Source: an uncultured bacterium
GTDB taxonomy: Bacteria; Zhuqueibacterota; QNDG01; DTFT01
Assembly (NCBI GenBank): GCA_963736115.1
Contig: CAVTNR010000008.1
Span: 1-64,000 of the forward strand
Length of the DNA: 64,000 nt
Direction: 5' to 3'
The notes beneath the pieces were generated by a model, which saw only the letters and a program-made list of their open reading frames with translations, did not search any database and was not told where the DNA came from. The position numbers and the translations under genes are program-made. Below are positions 22,362 through 33,289 of this stretch, in pieces. Position 1 is the first letter of the stretch. Each line of letters begins with the position of its first letter.

Positions 22362-22566
22362 CGGGCCGTTTCCCGCCTCACCAGAACCGTTCTGACGCCC
22401 CGGCCGGCATTCAAACCGCGCCGGGGCGCTTTCCCGACCCCCCATTTCGAACCGCCCGAGCCCCCTCCGGGGGACGGCCGGGTTGCGGAAAAGTGTGTTT
22501 TTATCCGGAACTTTGGCGGGTTTGAAAGGTAAAAATAAGGTGTTTTCATTTATCGGAGCCCGATCG

Positions 22567-23556
22567 ATGCAAGGCTTCTCCCGTCGTCTCATCCTCGCGG
22601 CCTGCGCGCTGGTCGCGACCGGCCTCTCCGCCCAGACCGATCCCGGATCCGCGGTCACGCTCGGCGCCTTCCTCGATTCAACGGCCGTGCCCCTGAACCG
22701 GACCGTGACCCTCACTGTCCGGCTGTCCTGGGAAGGTCCGCTCGATTCCGTCCTCATCGGCGAAGTGCGCGACCCGGTTCTGTCCAACCTTGAAATCACC
22801 GGAACATCCGCCTCCAACCGCACCGTCGGCACGGCGGACGGCGCCGCCTCCGTCAAGGAAATCACCTACACACTCAAACCGAACAGCCTTGGCATGGGTT
22901 ACATCGACTCCCTGACCGTGACGGTGCGCGATCTGAAGGCGGGCACGGACCGCCGCATGACCGCGCCCCGACTGTCGGTCACAGCCGTCGCGCCCATTCC
23001 CGTGAAATCCGGAAGGCCGGGCCTTTTGACCTGGCTGATGATCGGCGCGCTTTTCGCCGCGGGAGCGGCGGCCGGCGTCCGTGTGTGGAAGCGGGCCGGT
23101 CGACGGGCGCCTGAGACCCGGGAAACGGCTGAGCCGCCCCTGGAGGAGCGGTACCTGAACACCCTGAAGGAAACGGTGCGCCTGCATGGGGATCAGCGGG
23201 AGGACGCATTCGCTTCCCTGTCCAGGCTTTTCCGGCAGTACCTTTCCGAAAAGTACAAAGTGCCGGCGCTGGAAGCCACGACTCGGGAGCTGATCACATC
23301 CCTGCAAACAGCCGGCGCGGACGAGGCCCTGGCGCGCAAATGCGAGTCGTTTTTCGGGCGCGCGGACGAGGTCAAATTCTCGGGCCGGAAGGCGTCTCAG
23401 GACGAACTGGATGAATCGTACACCATCGTGGAATCGCTGTTCGAATCGAAACTGGTCGAGACACAACTGCGGATGCAGAAGGAACAGGAAGCGCCGCGGA
23501 AACAGGACACCCGGACCGGGGGTCCGTTCCGGCGGCTGATCAGGAGGATTTTTTAA
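22567..23556 (+). CDS. BatD/DUF4381-like membrane-anchored protein
   Basis: Signal peptide, Ig-like domain, TM helix, RQYL...ALEATTRE...ADEVKFS motif. Confidence 0.7.
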   Translation: MQGFSRRLILAACALVATGLSAQTDPGSAVTLGAFLDSTAVPLNRTVTLTVRLSWEGPLDSVLIGEVRDPVLSNLEITGTSASNRTVGTADGAASVKEITYTLKPNSLGMGYIDSLTVTVRDLKAGTDRRMTAPRLSVTAVAPIPVKSGRPGLLTWLMIGALFAAGAAAGVRVWKRAGRRAPETRETAEPPLEERYLNTLKETVRLHGDQREDAFASLSRLFRQYLSEKYKVPALEATTRELITSLQTAGADEALARKCESFFGRADEVKFSGRKASQDELDESYTIVESLFESKLVETQLRMQKEQEAPRKQDTRTGGPFRRLIRRIF

Positions 23557-24560
23557 ATGGACAAATCGATTGAAGCGTTGAACGAAAAGATCCGGAAGGA
23601 GAGCGCGTTCGTCGACGCCCTGCGGACGGAAGTCGGTAAGGTCATCGTCGGCCAGAAGTACCTGGTCGAGCGGCTGCTCATGGGCCTGCTGTCGAACGGC
23701 CACGTTCTGATCGAAGGCGTGCCCGGCCTGGCCAAGACGCTGACGGTGAAGACCCTGGCCGCCATTCAGACGCATTTCACCGGATCCAGTTCACGCCGGA
23801 CCTGCTTCCCGGCCGACCTGATCGGCACGCTTGATCTACAATCCGCAGAAGGCGGAGTTCACGATCCAAGAAAGGTCCGATTTTCGCCAACCTCGATGCT
23901 GGCCGACGAAATCAACCGCGCCCCGGCCAAGGTGCAGTCGGCCCTGCTCGAGGCGATGCAGGAGCAGGCAGGTGACGATCGGCGACACGACCTATCACGC
24001 TGGACGAACCGTTTCTCGTGCTCGCCACGCAGAACCCGATCGAACAGGAAGGCACCTATCCGCTGCCGGAGGCCCAGGTCGACCGCTTCATGCTCAAGCT
24101 GAAGATCGGCTATCCGACTAAGGAGGAGGAGCTCGAGATCATGCGATCGCAGACACCGGCGCAGCGCATCCGAGCCCGGTGCCAGTCGTGACTCCGACGG
24201 ACATCATCAGGCCCGCGCCGGTGTCTGCGGAGGTTACATGGACGACAAGATTGAGAAGAATATATCGTGACATCGTGACTTTGCCACGCGCCAGCCGGAA
24301 AACGTACGGGCTGGCCGAGATTGAGGACCTGATCGCGCTACGGCGCCTCGCCGCGCGCGACGATCTATCCTGTCCAAGGCGGCCAAGGCGCACGCCTTCT
24401 GAACGCGGCCGCGGCTACGTCACGCCCGAGGACGTCAAGGCCATCGGTCTGGACGTGCTGCGTCACCGGGTGATCGTCACCTACGAGGCCGAGGCCGAGG
24501 AAGATCACGTCGGAGGACATCGTGCGAAGATGCTCAATAAAATCGAAGTCCCGTCAAGAG
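23557..24560 (+). CDS. moxR: MoxR family AAA+ ATPase (multiple frameshifts)
   Basis: [48 protein letters not shown]. End approximate. Confidence 0.88.
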
Positions 24561-24580
24561 GTGCGGTAATCCGCTGTTCC

Positions 24581-25462
<882 letters not shown>

Positions 25463-25527
25463 ACCAACGAATGGAGCGCGGACCTTCGGCACAGATCCGC
25501 GTTCCATCTTTTTTCATGGAGCCGTGC

Positions 25528-26463
25528 ATGAACTCCAAATTTTCAATCGTTCTCATAGTCACCGCCCTCGCCGCGGCGGGATGCGGCCGCAGGGGAGAGG
25601 ACCCGGCCCGCATCCGTGAATACGCCGGCGCTCTGGCCTCGAACGAACTCTACCCCCAGGCGATCTCGGAATACGGGAAATACCTCGACACCGCGCGCCT
25701 GAGCGACGCGGAAAAAGCCAATGTCACGGTTGTCATGGCCGGTCTCTATTTCGAGCGCGTGCACGACTATGAAAATGCGCTGGCCGCCTACCTGCGGATC
25801 AAGCACCTGACTCCTGAAAAGACACTCATGCCCGAAGTGGACCGCCGCATCGTGGCTTGCCTCGAGCGGCTCAACCGTTCGGGCGAGGCGAAGCAGGTGC
25901 TCGACGAGGCCACGGCCCTGCCCGGGTCCGGCAGGACGTCCGGAGGAACCCCAGGCCAGGATCCATCCGCCGTGGTCGCGCAGATCGGGGACCGGACGGT
26001 CACGGCCGCCGACCTGAAACATGAGATTTCCAGGCTTCCCGTCTCGGTGCGAAGCCAATTTGAGACAAAGGCCGGCCGGATGGAGTTCCTCCGCCAGTAC
26101 GTCGTCGCCGAATTGTTCTATGGCGCGGCCCAGCGCAAGGGCCTGGAACGCGACACGGATGTGCAGGATGCCGCGTTTCAGGCGAAGCGGAGCGTCATGG
26201 CGCAGAAATACCTGGAACAGGAGGTCGGCCCCCAGGTCAGGCTGTCGGCGGGGGACGTCCAATTATACTATAAAGCAAACCTCGACCGGTACGCCGAGAA
26301 GGACGCGAACGGCAAGGTGAAGCGCCAGCGGCCCTTCGAGGAGGTGCGGGAGCAGGCGCGGGCGGACGCGGCGGCCGAAAAACAGCAGGAAGCGGTGCAG
26401 GCCCTGATCAACCGCATGATGACGGCCGAGGGCGTCCGCGTCTATGACGACAGGGTGGATTGA
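25528..26463 (+). CDS. Lipoprotein with TPR and SurA/PrsA-N-like chaperone domain
   Basis: Lipobox AAGC; VVAQIGDRTVT..DL; PFEEVREQ. Confidence 0.7.
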   Translation: MNSKFSIVLIVTALAAAGCGRRGEDPARIREYAGALASNELYPQAISEYGKYLDTARLSDAEKANVTVVMAGLYFERVHDYENALAAYLRIKHLTPEKTLMPEVDRRIVACLERLNRSGEAKQVLDEATALPGSGRTSGGTPGQDPSAVVAQIGDRTVTAADLKHEISRLPVSVRSQFETKAGRMEFLRQYVVAELFYGAAQRKGLERDTDVQDAAFQAKRSVMAQKYLEQEVGPQVRLSAGDVQLYYKANLDRYAEKDANGKVKRQRPFEEVREQARADAAAEKQQEAVQALINRMMTAEGVRVYDDRVD

Positions 26464-27551
26464 TGTCCCGGCAGACCGCATTTCTGTTCACATGGCTTTT
26501 GGCCGGTCTGGCAGTCGGTTCCGGCGCCGCGGCCCCGAAACCTTCGGTGACCGCGGCTTCGGCCGTGGACAAGTCACGTATCACCATCGGCGATCTCATC
26601 CGGTACACGGTCACCGTGTCCCATCCGAAGGACATCGCCGTGGCCACACCGGGCACGGGCGCCAATCTCGGCGGATTCGAGGTGCGCGCGTACGACGTGG
26701 TCGAGCCGAAGGAAAAAGACGGGATCGTCGTTTCGGAATTCCGGTACACGATCTCCACCTTCCTGACCGGTGAATTCGTCATCCCGCCCCTGCCGGTGGC
26801 GTACCGGCCGGCCGCGGACACAACGTCGGCGCCGCGCATCATCGCCACGCCGGGCATACGCATCGTGGTGGAAAGCATGAAGCCGAGCGAGGCGGGCGAT
26901 ATCCGGGACGTGAAGCCGCCCCTTGAAATACCGCTCGACTGGAAGCGGCTCGCGCTCCGCATCGCCGCGGGGCTGGCTTTTCTCGCGGCCCTGATCGCCG
27001 GGGTCATCCTGGTCCGCCGCTGGAAAGCCGGCAAAAGCATTCTGCCCGTGCGGGCCGAACCGCCGCGGCCGTCGCACGAAATCGCGCTCGAGGCGCTCGA
27101 CCGCCTGATCGCGTCGGACCTGAGGGCACGGGGCGAAACCATGGCCTTTGTTGTCGAGCTCACCGAGATCGTCCGCCGGTACATCGGAGGCCGTTATTTC
27201 GTGGTGGCCATGGAAATGACCACGACCGAGGTGCTCGACGGACTGTCCCGGGCGGGGCTGGACGAGGATGTCTTCGGACTGTTCGAGACTTTTTTCCGCG
27301 GCTGTGACCTTGTGAAATTCGCCAAGCACGTCCCCTCGGACGCCGAGCTGGACGGTACCGTGAATACCGCGTACGAACTCGTGAACCGGACGAAAATCGT
27401 GCTCGCGCCCGCGGACGCTGAAGCCGTTCCGGGGACGGAACCGTCCGCAGTCCCCGGATCCGCAACTGAGGGCCCGGCGGCGGACAACGACGGTACGGCC
27501 GCCGTTGAACCCGGTCCTGAGCCGGCCCGGTCCGGTCGAACGGAATCCTGA
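26463..27551 (+). CDS. BatD/DUF4381-like protein
   Basis: VDKSRITIGD, DIRDVKPP, TM helix, AMEMTT.E, DLVKFAK. Confidence 0.8.
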   Translation: MSRQTAFLFTWLLAGLAVGSGAAAPKPSVTAASAVDKSRITIGDLIRYTVTVSHPKDIAVATPGTGANLGGFEVRAYDVVEPKEKDGIVVSEFRYTISTFLTGEFVIPPLPVAYRPAADTTSAPRIIATPGIRIVVESMKPSEAGDIRDVKPPLEIPLDWKRLALRIAAGLAFLAALIAGVILVRRWKAGKSILPVRAEPPRPSHEIALEALDRLIASDLRARGETMAFVVELTEIVRRYIGGRYFVVAMEMTTTEVLDGLSRAGLDEDVFGLFETFFRGCDLVKFAKHVPSDAELDGTVNTAYELVNRTKIVLAPADAEAVPGTEPSAVPGSATEGPAADNDGTAAVEPGPEPARSGRTES

Positions 27552-27554
27552 GCC

Positions 27555-28547
27555 ATGCAACTGCGCTTCGTCGATCCCTGGTTTCTCCTGCTGCTCCTGC
27601 CCGTGGCCCTGCTCGGCTGGTGGCATTTCCGGAAGCGGCGCGCCTGGACCGGCGCCCTCCGGTTCTCGCACATCGGCACACTGAAGGCCATTCCGCAGGG
27701 CCGCGCGCCCATGGCCCGGCAGGCCCTGTTTGTCATGCGCCTGCTCGGCATGGCGCTTCTCGTGATCGCGTTCAGCCGGCCCCAGTCCGGAGTGAAGGGC
27801 GAGGAGGTGATCACCGAGGGCGTTGACATCGTGCTCACCCTGGACGTGTCGAGCACCATGCTGGCCGAGGACATCCGGCCGAACCGGGTGGACGCGGCCA
27901 AGGCCGTGGCAAAGGCGTTCATTCAGGGCCGGAAGCACGACCGCATCGGGCTGGTGATTTTCGCGGGCGAGGCATACACCCAGTGCCCGCTGACCACGGA
28001 TTACGGCATTCTGCTCGAGTTTCTCGACCGCGTCGCGGTCGGGATGATCGAGGACGGGACCGCGGTCGGCATGGGCCTGGCGACGTCGGTGAACCGGCTC
28101 CGTTCCAGCGAGGCGAAATCAAAGGTCATCGTCCTGCTCACGGACGGTCAGAACAACCGGGGCCAGATCGACCCCCTGACCGCCGCGCAGATGGCCCAGG
28201 CCTTCGACATCCGGGCGTACACGGTCGGCGCGGGCACGCGGGGCGTGGCCATGTTCCCGGTTGACGACCCCTTTTTCGGCCGGCGCTACCAGCCCATGCA
28301 GGTCAATGTCGACGAGGAGTCGCTCCGGAAGATCGCGGACCTGACCGGCGGCCGGTATTTCCGCGCCACGGACCGGAACAGCCTCGAGTCCATCTACCGC
28401 GAGATCGACAAGCTCGAGAAGACCGAAATCAAGGTGAAGGAATACACCCGGTATTCGGAATGGTTCGGATTTTTCGCCGCGGCCGGCCTGCTGATCCTGC
28501 TGGCCGAGATCGTCCTGGGCCACACGCGGTTCCGGAAAATCCCCTGA
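27555..28547 (+). CDS. batA: VWA protein BatA
   Basis: N-terminal double TM, DVSSTMLAED, DGTAVGMGL, LLTDGQNNRG. Confidence 0.88.
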   Translation: MQLRFVDPWFLLLLLPVALLGWWHFRKRRAWTGALRFSHIGTLKAIPQGRAPMARQALFVMRLLGMALLVIAFSRPQSGVKGEEVITEGVDIVLTLDVSSTMLAEDIRPNRVDAAKAVAKAFIQGRKHDRIGLVIFAGEAYTQCPLTTDYGILLEFLDRVAVGMIEDGTAVGMGLATSVNRLRSSEAKSKVIVLLTDGQNNRGQIDPLTAAQMAQAFDIRAYTVGAGTRGVAMFPVDDPFFGRRYQPMQVNVDEESLRKIADLTGGRYFRATDRNSLESIYREIDKLEKTEIKVKEYTRYSEWFGFFAAAGLLILLAEIVLGHTRFRKIP

Positions 28548-28560
28548 TCGGGAGACGGCA

Positions 28561-29583
28561 GTGTTTCGATTTTTTCATGAACATCTTCTGTGGCTTCTCG
28601 TCCTCGTTCCCGGACTGGCCGTTTTCTTCTGGGCCGCGTTCCGGCGCAAGCGGCGCGACCTGGAGCGCTTCGGAAACCCGTCGCTCGTCGCATTGCTGAC
28701 CGCGTCGGTCAGCCGCAACCGGCAGATATGGAAAACCGTTCTCGCGGCCGCGGCCGTTTTCTTCCTCGTCCTGTCCCTGGCCCGGCCGCAGTTCGGGACG
28801 AAGCTGAGAACGGTGAAGCGGGTGGGCCAGGATATTGTCGTGGCCATGGACGTCTCGCAGTCGATGATGGCCGAGGACATCAAGCCCAACCGGCTCGAAA
28901 AGGCCAAGCACGAAATCGCCTCGATGATCGACAAGTTCGAGGGCGACCGGGTCGCGCTGGTGGCCTTCGCCGGAAAGGCTTTCGTGCAGTGCCCGCTGAC
29001 CCTCGACTACGGCGCCGCGAAGATGTTCCTCGACGCCATGATCCCGGACCTCATCCCGGTGCCGGGAACGGCCGTGAAGGCCGCGATCGAGGAGTCGATC
29101 GCGTGTTTCTCGGGCCAGGAGCGCAAGCACAAGGTGCTCGTGCTCATCACCGACGGCGAGGACCATGCCGGAGACCCGGTGGAGGCCGCGAAGGAGGCCG
29201 CGAAGCAGGGCGTGGTCATCTACACGGTGGGGCTCGGATCGCCCGACGGCGTGCCCATTCCGACCGGAGAGGGGCCGGCCGGATTCAAGAAGGACAGAGG
29301 CGGGCAGGTGGTGATGACCCGGCTCGACGAGGTGACACTCGAGAAAATCGCGCTCGAAACGGGCGGCAAGTACTACCGCGCCACTCCGGCCGAGGTGGAG
29401 CTGGACCGGATCTACGAGGAAGTCCGGAAAATGGAAAAGAAATCCCTGTCGTCCATGCAGTACACCCAGTTCGAGGAAAGGTTCCAGATTCCGCTGGCGA
29501 TCGCGATTTTTCTCCTTATCCTGGAGGCCGTGATTCCGGAGCGGAGGCGGGTGAAGAAGGAATGGAAGGGACGTTTTGAATAG
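28561..29583 (+). CDS. batB: VWA protein BatB
   Basis: LARPQFG, DVSQSMMAED, PLTLDY, ITDGEDH. Confidence 0.88.
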   Translation: MFRFFHEHLLWLLVLVPGLAVFFWAAFRRKRRDLERFGNPSLVALLTASVSRNRQIWKTVLAAAAVFFLVLSLARPQFGTKLRTVKRVGQDIVVAMDVSQSMMAEDIKPNRLEKAKHEIASMIDKFEGDRVALVAFAGKAFVQCPLTLDYGAAKMFLDAMIPDLIPVPGTAVKAAIEESIACFSGQERKHKVLVLITDGEDHAGDPVEAAKEAAKQGVVIYTVGLGSPDGVPIPTGEGPAGFKKDRGGQVVMTRLDEVTLEKIALETGGKYYRATPAEVELDRIYEEVRKMEKKSLSSMQYTQFEERFQIPLAIAIFLLILEAVIPERRRVKKEWKGRFE

Positions 29584-29595
29584 GCGGTTGCGGGT

Positions 29596-30387
29596 ATGAT
29601 TCACGATTTGACATACAGGGGATTGTCCGGCTTGCGACCCCCGGCTGAAGCCCGGAGGTTCCATAAAAGTCTGCGCTCAGAGGCGCTGGGATTCATGCTG
29701 GCAGTTCTGCTCCTCGGTCTGATGATCCCTGCACCGGCCCAGTCCCAGCCCGGACGGGGCAAGGTGAAGCAGGGCAACGGGCTGTACCAGGAGAAAAAAT
29801 ACGACGCTGCGCGGAACCGGTATCAGGACGCCCTGCTCGACGCGCCCGGGTCTCCCGTGATCCAGTTCAATCTCGGGGACGCGGCCTATCAGATGAAGAG
29901 TTACGACAAGGCGCTCGAGTCGTTTCAAAAGACCCTGTCCGTGAAGGACGCCAAGATCCAGTCCCAGGCCTATTACAACATCGGCAATGCGCTTTACCGG
30001 ACGAACAAATGGCCGGAAGCCATCGCCGCCTATCAGGAGGCGTTGAAGCTCAACCCGGATGACCAGGACGCGAAATACAACCTGGAATACGTCCGCAACA
30101 AGCTCAAGGATAACGCCCAGCCGCAGGATCAGCAGCAGCAACAACAACAGCAGAAGCAGAACGAGCAACAACAGAAGCAGGACCAGAAACAGGATCAGCA
30201 GCAGGAACAGCAGCAGGATCAGCAGCAACAACAGCAGGAACAACAACAGCAGTCAGCGGAACAGCAGAAAAAAGAGATGTCCAAGGAACAGGCCGAGCAG
30301 ATACTCAAGGCGATGAACGAGGACCAGAAGGATAAACAGAAGAAGACCGTGCGGGCCTCGGGGGCCGGGGTCGACAAGGACTGGTGA
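29596..30387 (+). CDS. batC: TPR protein BatC with poly-Q linker
   Basis: TPRs (AYYNIGNALY), Q-rich tract, C-terminal DKDW. Start uncertain. Confidence 0.85.
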   Translation: MIHDLTYRGLSGLRPPAEARRFHKSLRSEALGFMLAVLLLGLMIPAPAQSQPGRGKVKQGNGLYQEKKYDAARNRYQDALLDAPGSPVIQFNLGDAAYQMKSYDKALESFQKTLSVKDAKIQSQAYYNIGNALYRTNKWPEAIAAYQEALKLNPDDQDAKYNLEYVRNKLKDNAQPQDQQQQQQQQKQNEQQQKQDQKQDQQQEQQQDQQQQQQEQQQQSAEQQKKEMSKEQAEQILKAMNEDQKDKQKKTVRASGAGVDKDW

Positions 30388-30391
30388 CGGC

Positions 30392-32251
30392 ATGACGACT
30401 GTAAAACGGATCGCGGCGCTGGCGCTTGCCGGAACACTGGCCGCGGGCGGCCTCGCGGGCCAGGACTTCACGGTCCGGACTTCCGTGGACCGCAATGCCG
30501 TGGCCCTGAACGAGCGTTTCACGCTCTCCATCGAGATCTCCGGAAAGGGCGCGAATTCAGCCCCGGACCCGGAACTGCCCGCGATCGGCGCATTCGCCTC
30601 GTTTCTCGGAAGCGGGTCCTCCCAGAACATTTCCTTCGTGAACGGACGGATGTCCGTGTCCAAGGTTTTTCAGTGCCATTACGTCGCGACCGCGGCCGGC
30701 AAATTCCAGATTCCGCCCGTGAGCGTGACGGCCGGGGGACAGGCGGTTTCGTCCGCGGCCATTGACTTCGAAGTCACGGCCGCGGGCACGCAGGGACAGA
30801 CGCAGGCCCGGAGCGCGGCGCCCGGACAGGCCGCTCCCGCCCAGGCGGTTCCGCAGGGCGAGGGTCCCGCGGAAGGAGACCTCTTTCTGCGGGCTTTCGT
30901 GGACCGGAGGAAAGTGTATCCGAACGAGCCCGTGATCGTCACCTACAAGCTCTACACGCGCGTGAATGTGGCCAACCTGTCCGTTTCCAAAATGCCGGCC
31001 ACGGCCGGATTCTGGGCCGAGGATTTCGACATGCCGCAGCAGCTCCAGACTTCGCATGAAGTGCTCGACGGCAAGCAGTACACGGTGGCCACGGTCCGCA
31101 GGACCGCGCTGTTCCCGATGGGATCGGGCACGCGCACGGTCGATCCGCTGGTGCTGGATTGCGACGTGCACGTGCGTTCCCGGTCGCGCGACCCGTTCGC
31201 CGATTTCTTCGACGATTCGTTCTTCTTCGGCGGAAAAACGGTGCGCCGTCAGATTCGCTCCAAGGCGATTTCCATTGAAGTGACGCCGTTTCCGGAAACC
31301 GGAAAGCCGGCCGGATTCAGCGGCCTCACGGGCCGGTTTCGGATCAGCGCGACTGCGGACAAACGGGAGGTGAAAACCAATGAGGCAATCACCTACAAGG
31401 TGACCGTCGAGGGCGACGGCAACATCCGTCAGATTCCGGCCCCGGAAATCGTGTTCCCGTCCGATTTCGAGGTGTATCCGCCCAAGACATCCGAAACCGT
31501 CACCCGTTCGGGCGCGGGCATATCGGGCCGCAGGACATTCGAATACGTACTCATCCCCAGGGCCCCCGGCGACGAGACGCTCCAGCCCGTCCGGCTGATC
31601 ACCTTCGACGCGTCCGCGGCTGCCTACCGCACCCTTGCCACGGACGCGGTCATGCTTCGCGTGGAGCAGGGAGCGGGCGGCTACGCCGGCACGGCCGTGA
31701 CCGGCCTGTCCAAGGAAGAGGTCCGGCTCATCGGACAGGACATCCGGTTCATCAAGACCGCGGAGGTCCCGTTTCGCAGAGCCGGATCCGCGGCCGTTCC
31801 TCCTGCGGCGCTCTGGATCGGGTTCGGGCTCCCGCTGGCCGGACTTGCGGCCGCATTGGCCAGGCGCAGGAGGCTCGACCGGCTCGCCGTCGACGTCGCG
31901 TACGCCCGGGGTTCGCGCGCGTCACGCGCCGTCCGGAAGCGGCTGGCCGCGGCCGCGGGCCTGATGAAGCCGGAAACCCAGAAGGCATTTTACGCCGAAG
32001 CGGCGAAGGGCATACAGGGATTTCTCGGGGACAAGCTGAATATCGCGGAGGCGGGCATGCTGTCCGAGGACGTTGCCGGGCGACTGTCCGAAAGAGGCGT
32101 CCGGCCGGAGACCATACAGGCGGTTTTCGCATGCCTTGACACCTGCGACATGAAGCGGTTTTCGCCCGAAACCGCCGCAGTGGACGAAATGAAGGCGTTT
32201 TACAGCGAAGCGGAAAAAGCGGTGTCGAAACTGGAAAGGGAGCTGAAATGA
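30392..32251 (+). CDS. batD: BatD family protein
   Basis: SQNISFVNGR, GFWAEDF, VEGDGNI, FEVYPP; operon position. Confidence 0.88.
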   Translation: MTTVKRIAALALAGTLAAGGLAGQDFTVRTSVDRNAVALNERFTLSIEISGKGANSAPDPELPAIGAFASFLGSGSSQNISFVNGRMSVSKVFQCHYVATAAGKFQIPPVSVTAGGQAVSSAAIDFEVTAAGTQGQTQARSAAPGQAAPAQAVPQGEGPAEGDLFLRAFVDRRKVYPNEPVIVTYKLYTRVNVANLSVSKMPATAGFWAEDFDMPQQLQTSHEVLDGKQYTVATVRRTALFPMGSGTRTVDPLVLDCDVHVRSRSRDPFADFFDDSFFFGGKTVRRQIRSKAISIEVTPFPETGKPAGFSGLTGRFRISATADKREVKTNEAITYKVTVEGDGNIRQIPAPEIVFPSDFEVYPPKTSETVTRSGAGISGRRTFEYVLIPRAPGDETLQPVRLITFDASAAAYRTLATDAVMLRVEQGAGGYAGTAVTGLSKEEVRLIGQDIRFIKTAEVPFRRAGSAAVPPAALWIGFGLPLAGLAAALARRRRLDRLAVDVAYARGSRASRAVRKRLAAAAGLMKPETQKAFYAEAAKGIQGFLGDKLNIAEAGMLSEDVAGRLSERGVRPETIQAVFACLDTCDMKRFSPETAAVDEMKAFYSEAEKAVSKLERELK

Positions 32252-33099
32252 GAACCGTTTTCCGGACTCGGGCCGGCGGGCGGCTCCATGCTTTCCGGAG
32301 CGTCCGGTCCGCTGTGATTTCCGTCGCGGTTGCGGCTGTTGCGGTCACGGTATTCGGAGCGTCCGCGGTTCAAGCGAGGGCCGACATCGCACAGGACGCT
32401 TCCCTCGGGGGAGCGTTCCGTCAGGGGAATGCGCTTTACCAGGCCGGACAGTTCGACTCCGCGCTCGCCGCGTACGGGCAGGTCCTGGGTCAGGGTTTCG
32501 AGAACGGGCCGTTGTATTTCAATATGGGCAATTGCGCCTACAAGCTCGGCCGCACCGGCACTGCGGTGCTGTACTATGAAAAGGCCCGACGTTTCATGCC
32601 CTCCGACGAGGACTTGAAGGCCAATCTGCTGATGGCCAATCTCCGCGTGGTGGACAAGGTGGAGGCGCGGTCCGAATTTCTGCCCCTCCGGCTGTTCCGG
32701 ATCGTGGTCCGCGGTCTTCCGGCTCCGGTCTGGGCGCTGATGACCATCGGCTTTTTCGGCCTGGCGATCGCCGGTGCCGTCCTTTTTCTCCTGTCCCGGA
32801 GGCGGTTTCTGGCCGTGAACGGATATCGCGGCGCTGTGATGTTCGGCATTTTGTTCGTTGTTGCCGGACTGCTCTGGCTGGGCCGCGTCCTTTCCGACCG
32901 GTCCACGGTCGAAGCCGTGATTCTCGCGGCCAAAGTGGACGTCATGAGCGCGCCGGGCGGGCAGGACAGCGTGGAGTCTTTCTCCCTGCACGAGGGCACC
33001 AAGGTGAGGCTGGACCGCGAATCCGGGGATTGGGTTGAAATCGTGCTTCCGGACGGCAAGGTGGGGTGGGTGATGAAAAGCAGTCTGGAAAAAATCTGA
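32248..33099 (+). CDS. batE: TPR + SH3 protein BatE
   Basis: LYFNMGNCAYK..YYEKA, two TMs, LHEGTKV...GKVGWV. Confidence 0.85.
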   Translation: MRTVFRTRAGGRLHAFRSVRSAVISVAVAAVAVTVFGASAVQARADIAQDASLGGAFRQGNALYQAGQFDSALAAYGQVLGQGFENGPLYFNMGNCAYKLGRTGTAVLYYEKARRFMPSDEDLKANLLMANLRVVDKVEARSEFLPLRLFRIVVRGLPAPVWALMTIGFFGLAIAGAVLFLLSRRRFLAVNGYRGAVMFGILFVVAGLLWLGRVLSDRSTVEAVILAAKVDVMSAPGGQDSVESFSLHEGTKVRLDRESGDWVEIVLPDGKVGWVMKSSLEKI

Positions 33100-33289
33100 G
33101 TTTAAAGTTCAAGGTATAAAGCGGTAGCCGCGGGCTTAATCCCGCGTTTTTTTTGCTTCTGCGAGGAGGCCTCCCGTCTCTGCGGGAAATGAGTAATCTG
33201 TTTCTACTATGTCATCCGCCCATTCCGGATGGCCTGCCGATGATCAATCCAGGATTCCTCTCGTTGATCGTAATAATATTTATATAAAA

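Noticed and set aside
30121-30270. Poly-Q CAG/CAA tract as a novel repeat
   Set aside because: Low-complexity linkers are usual in BatC.
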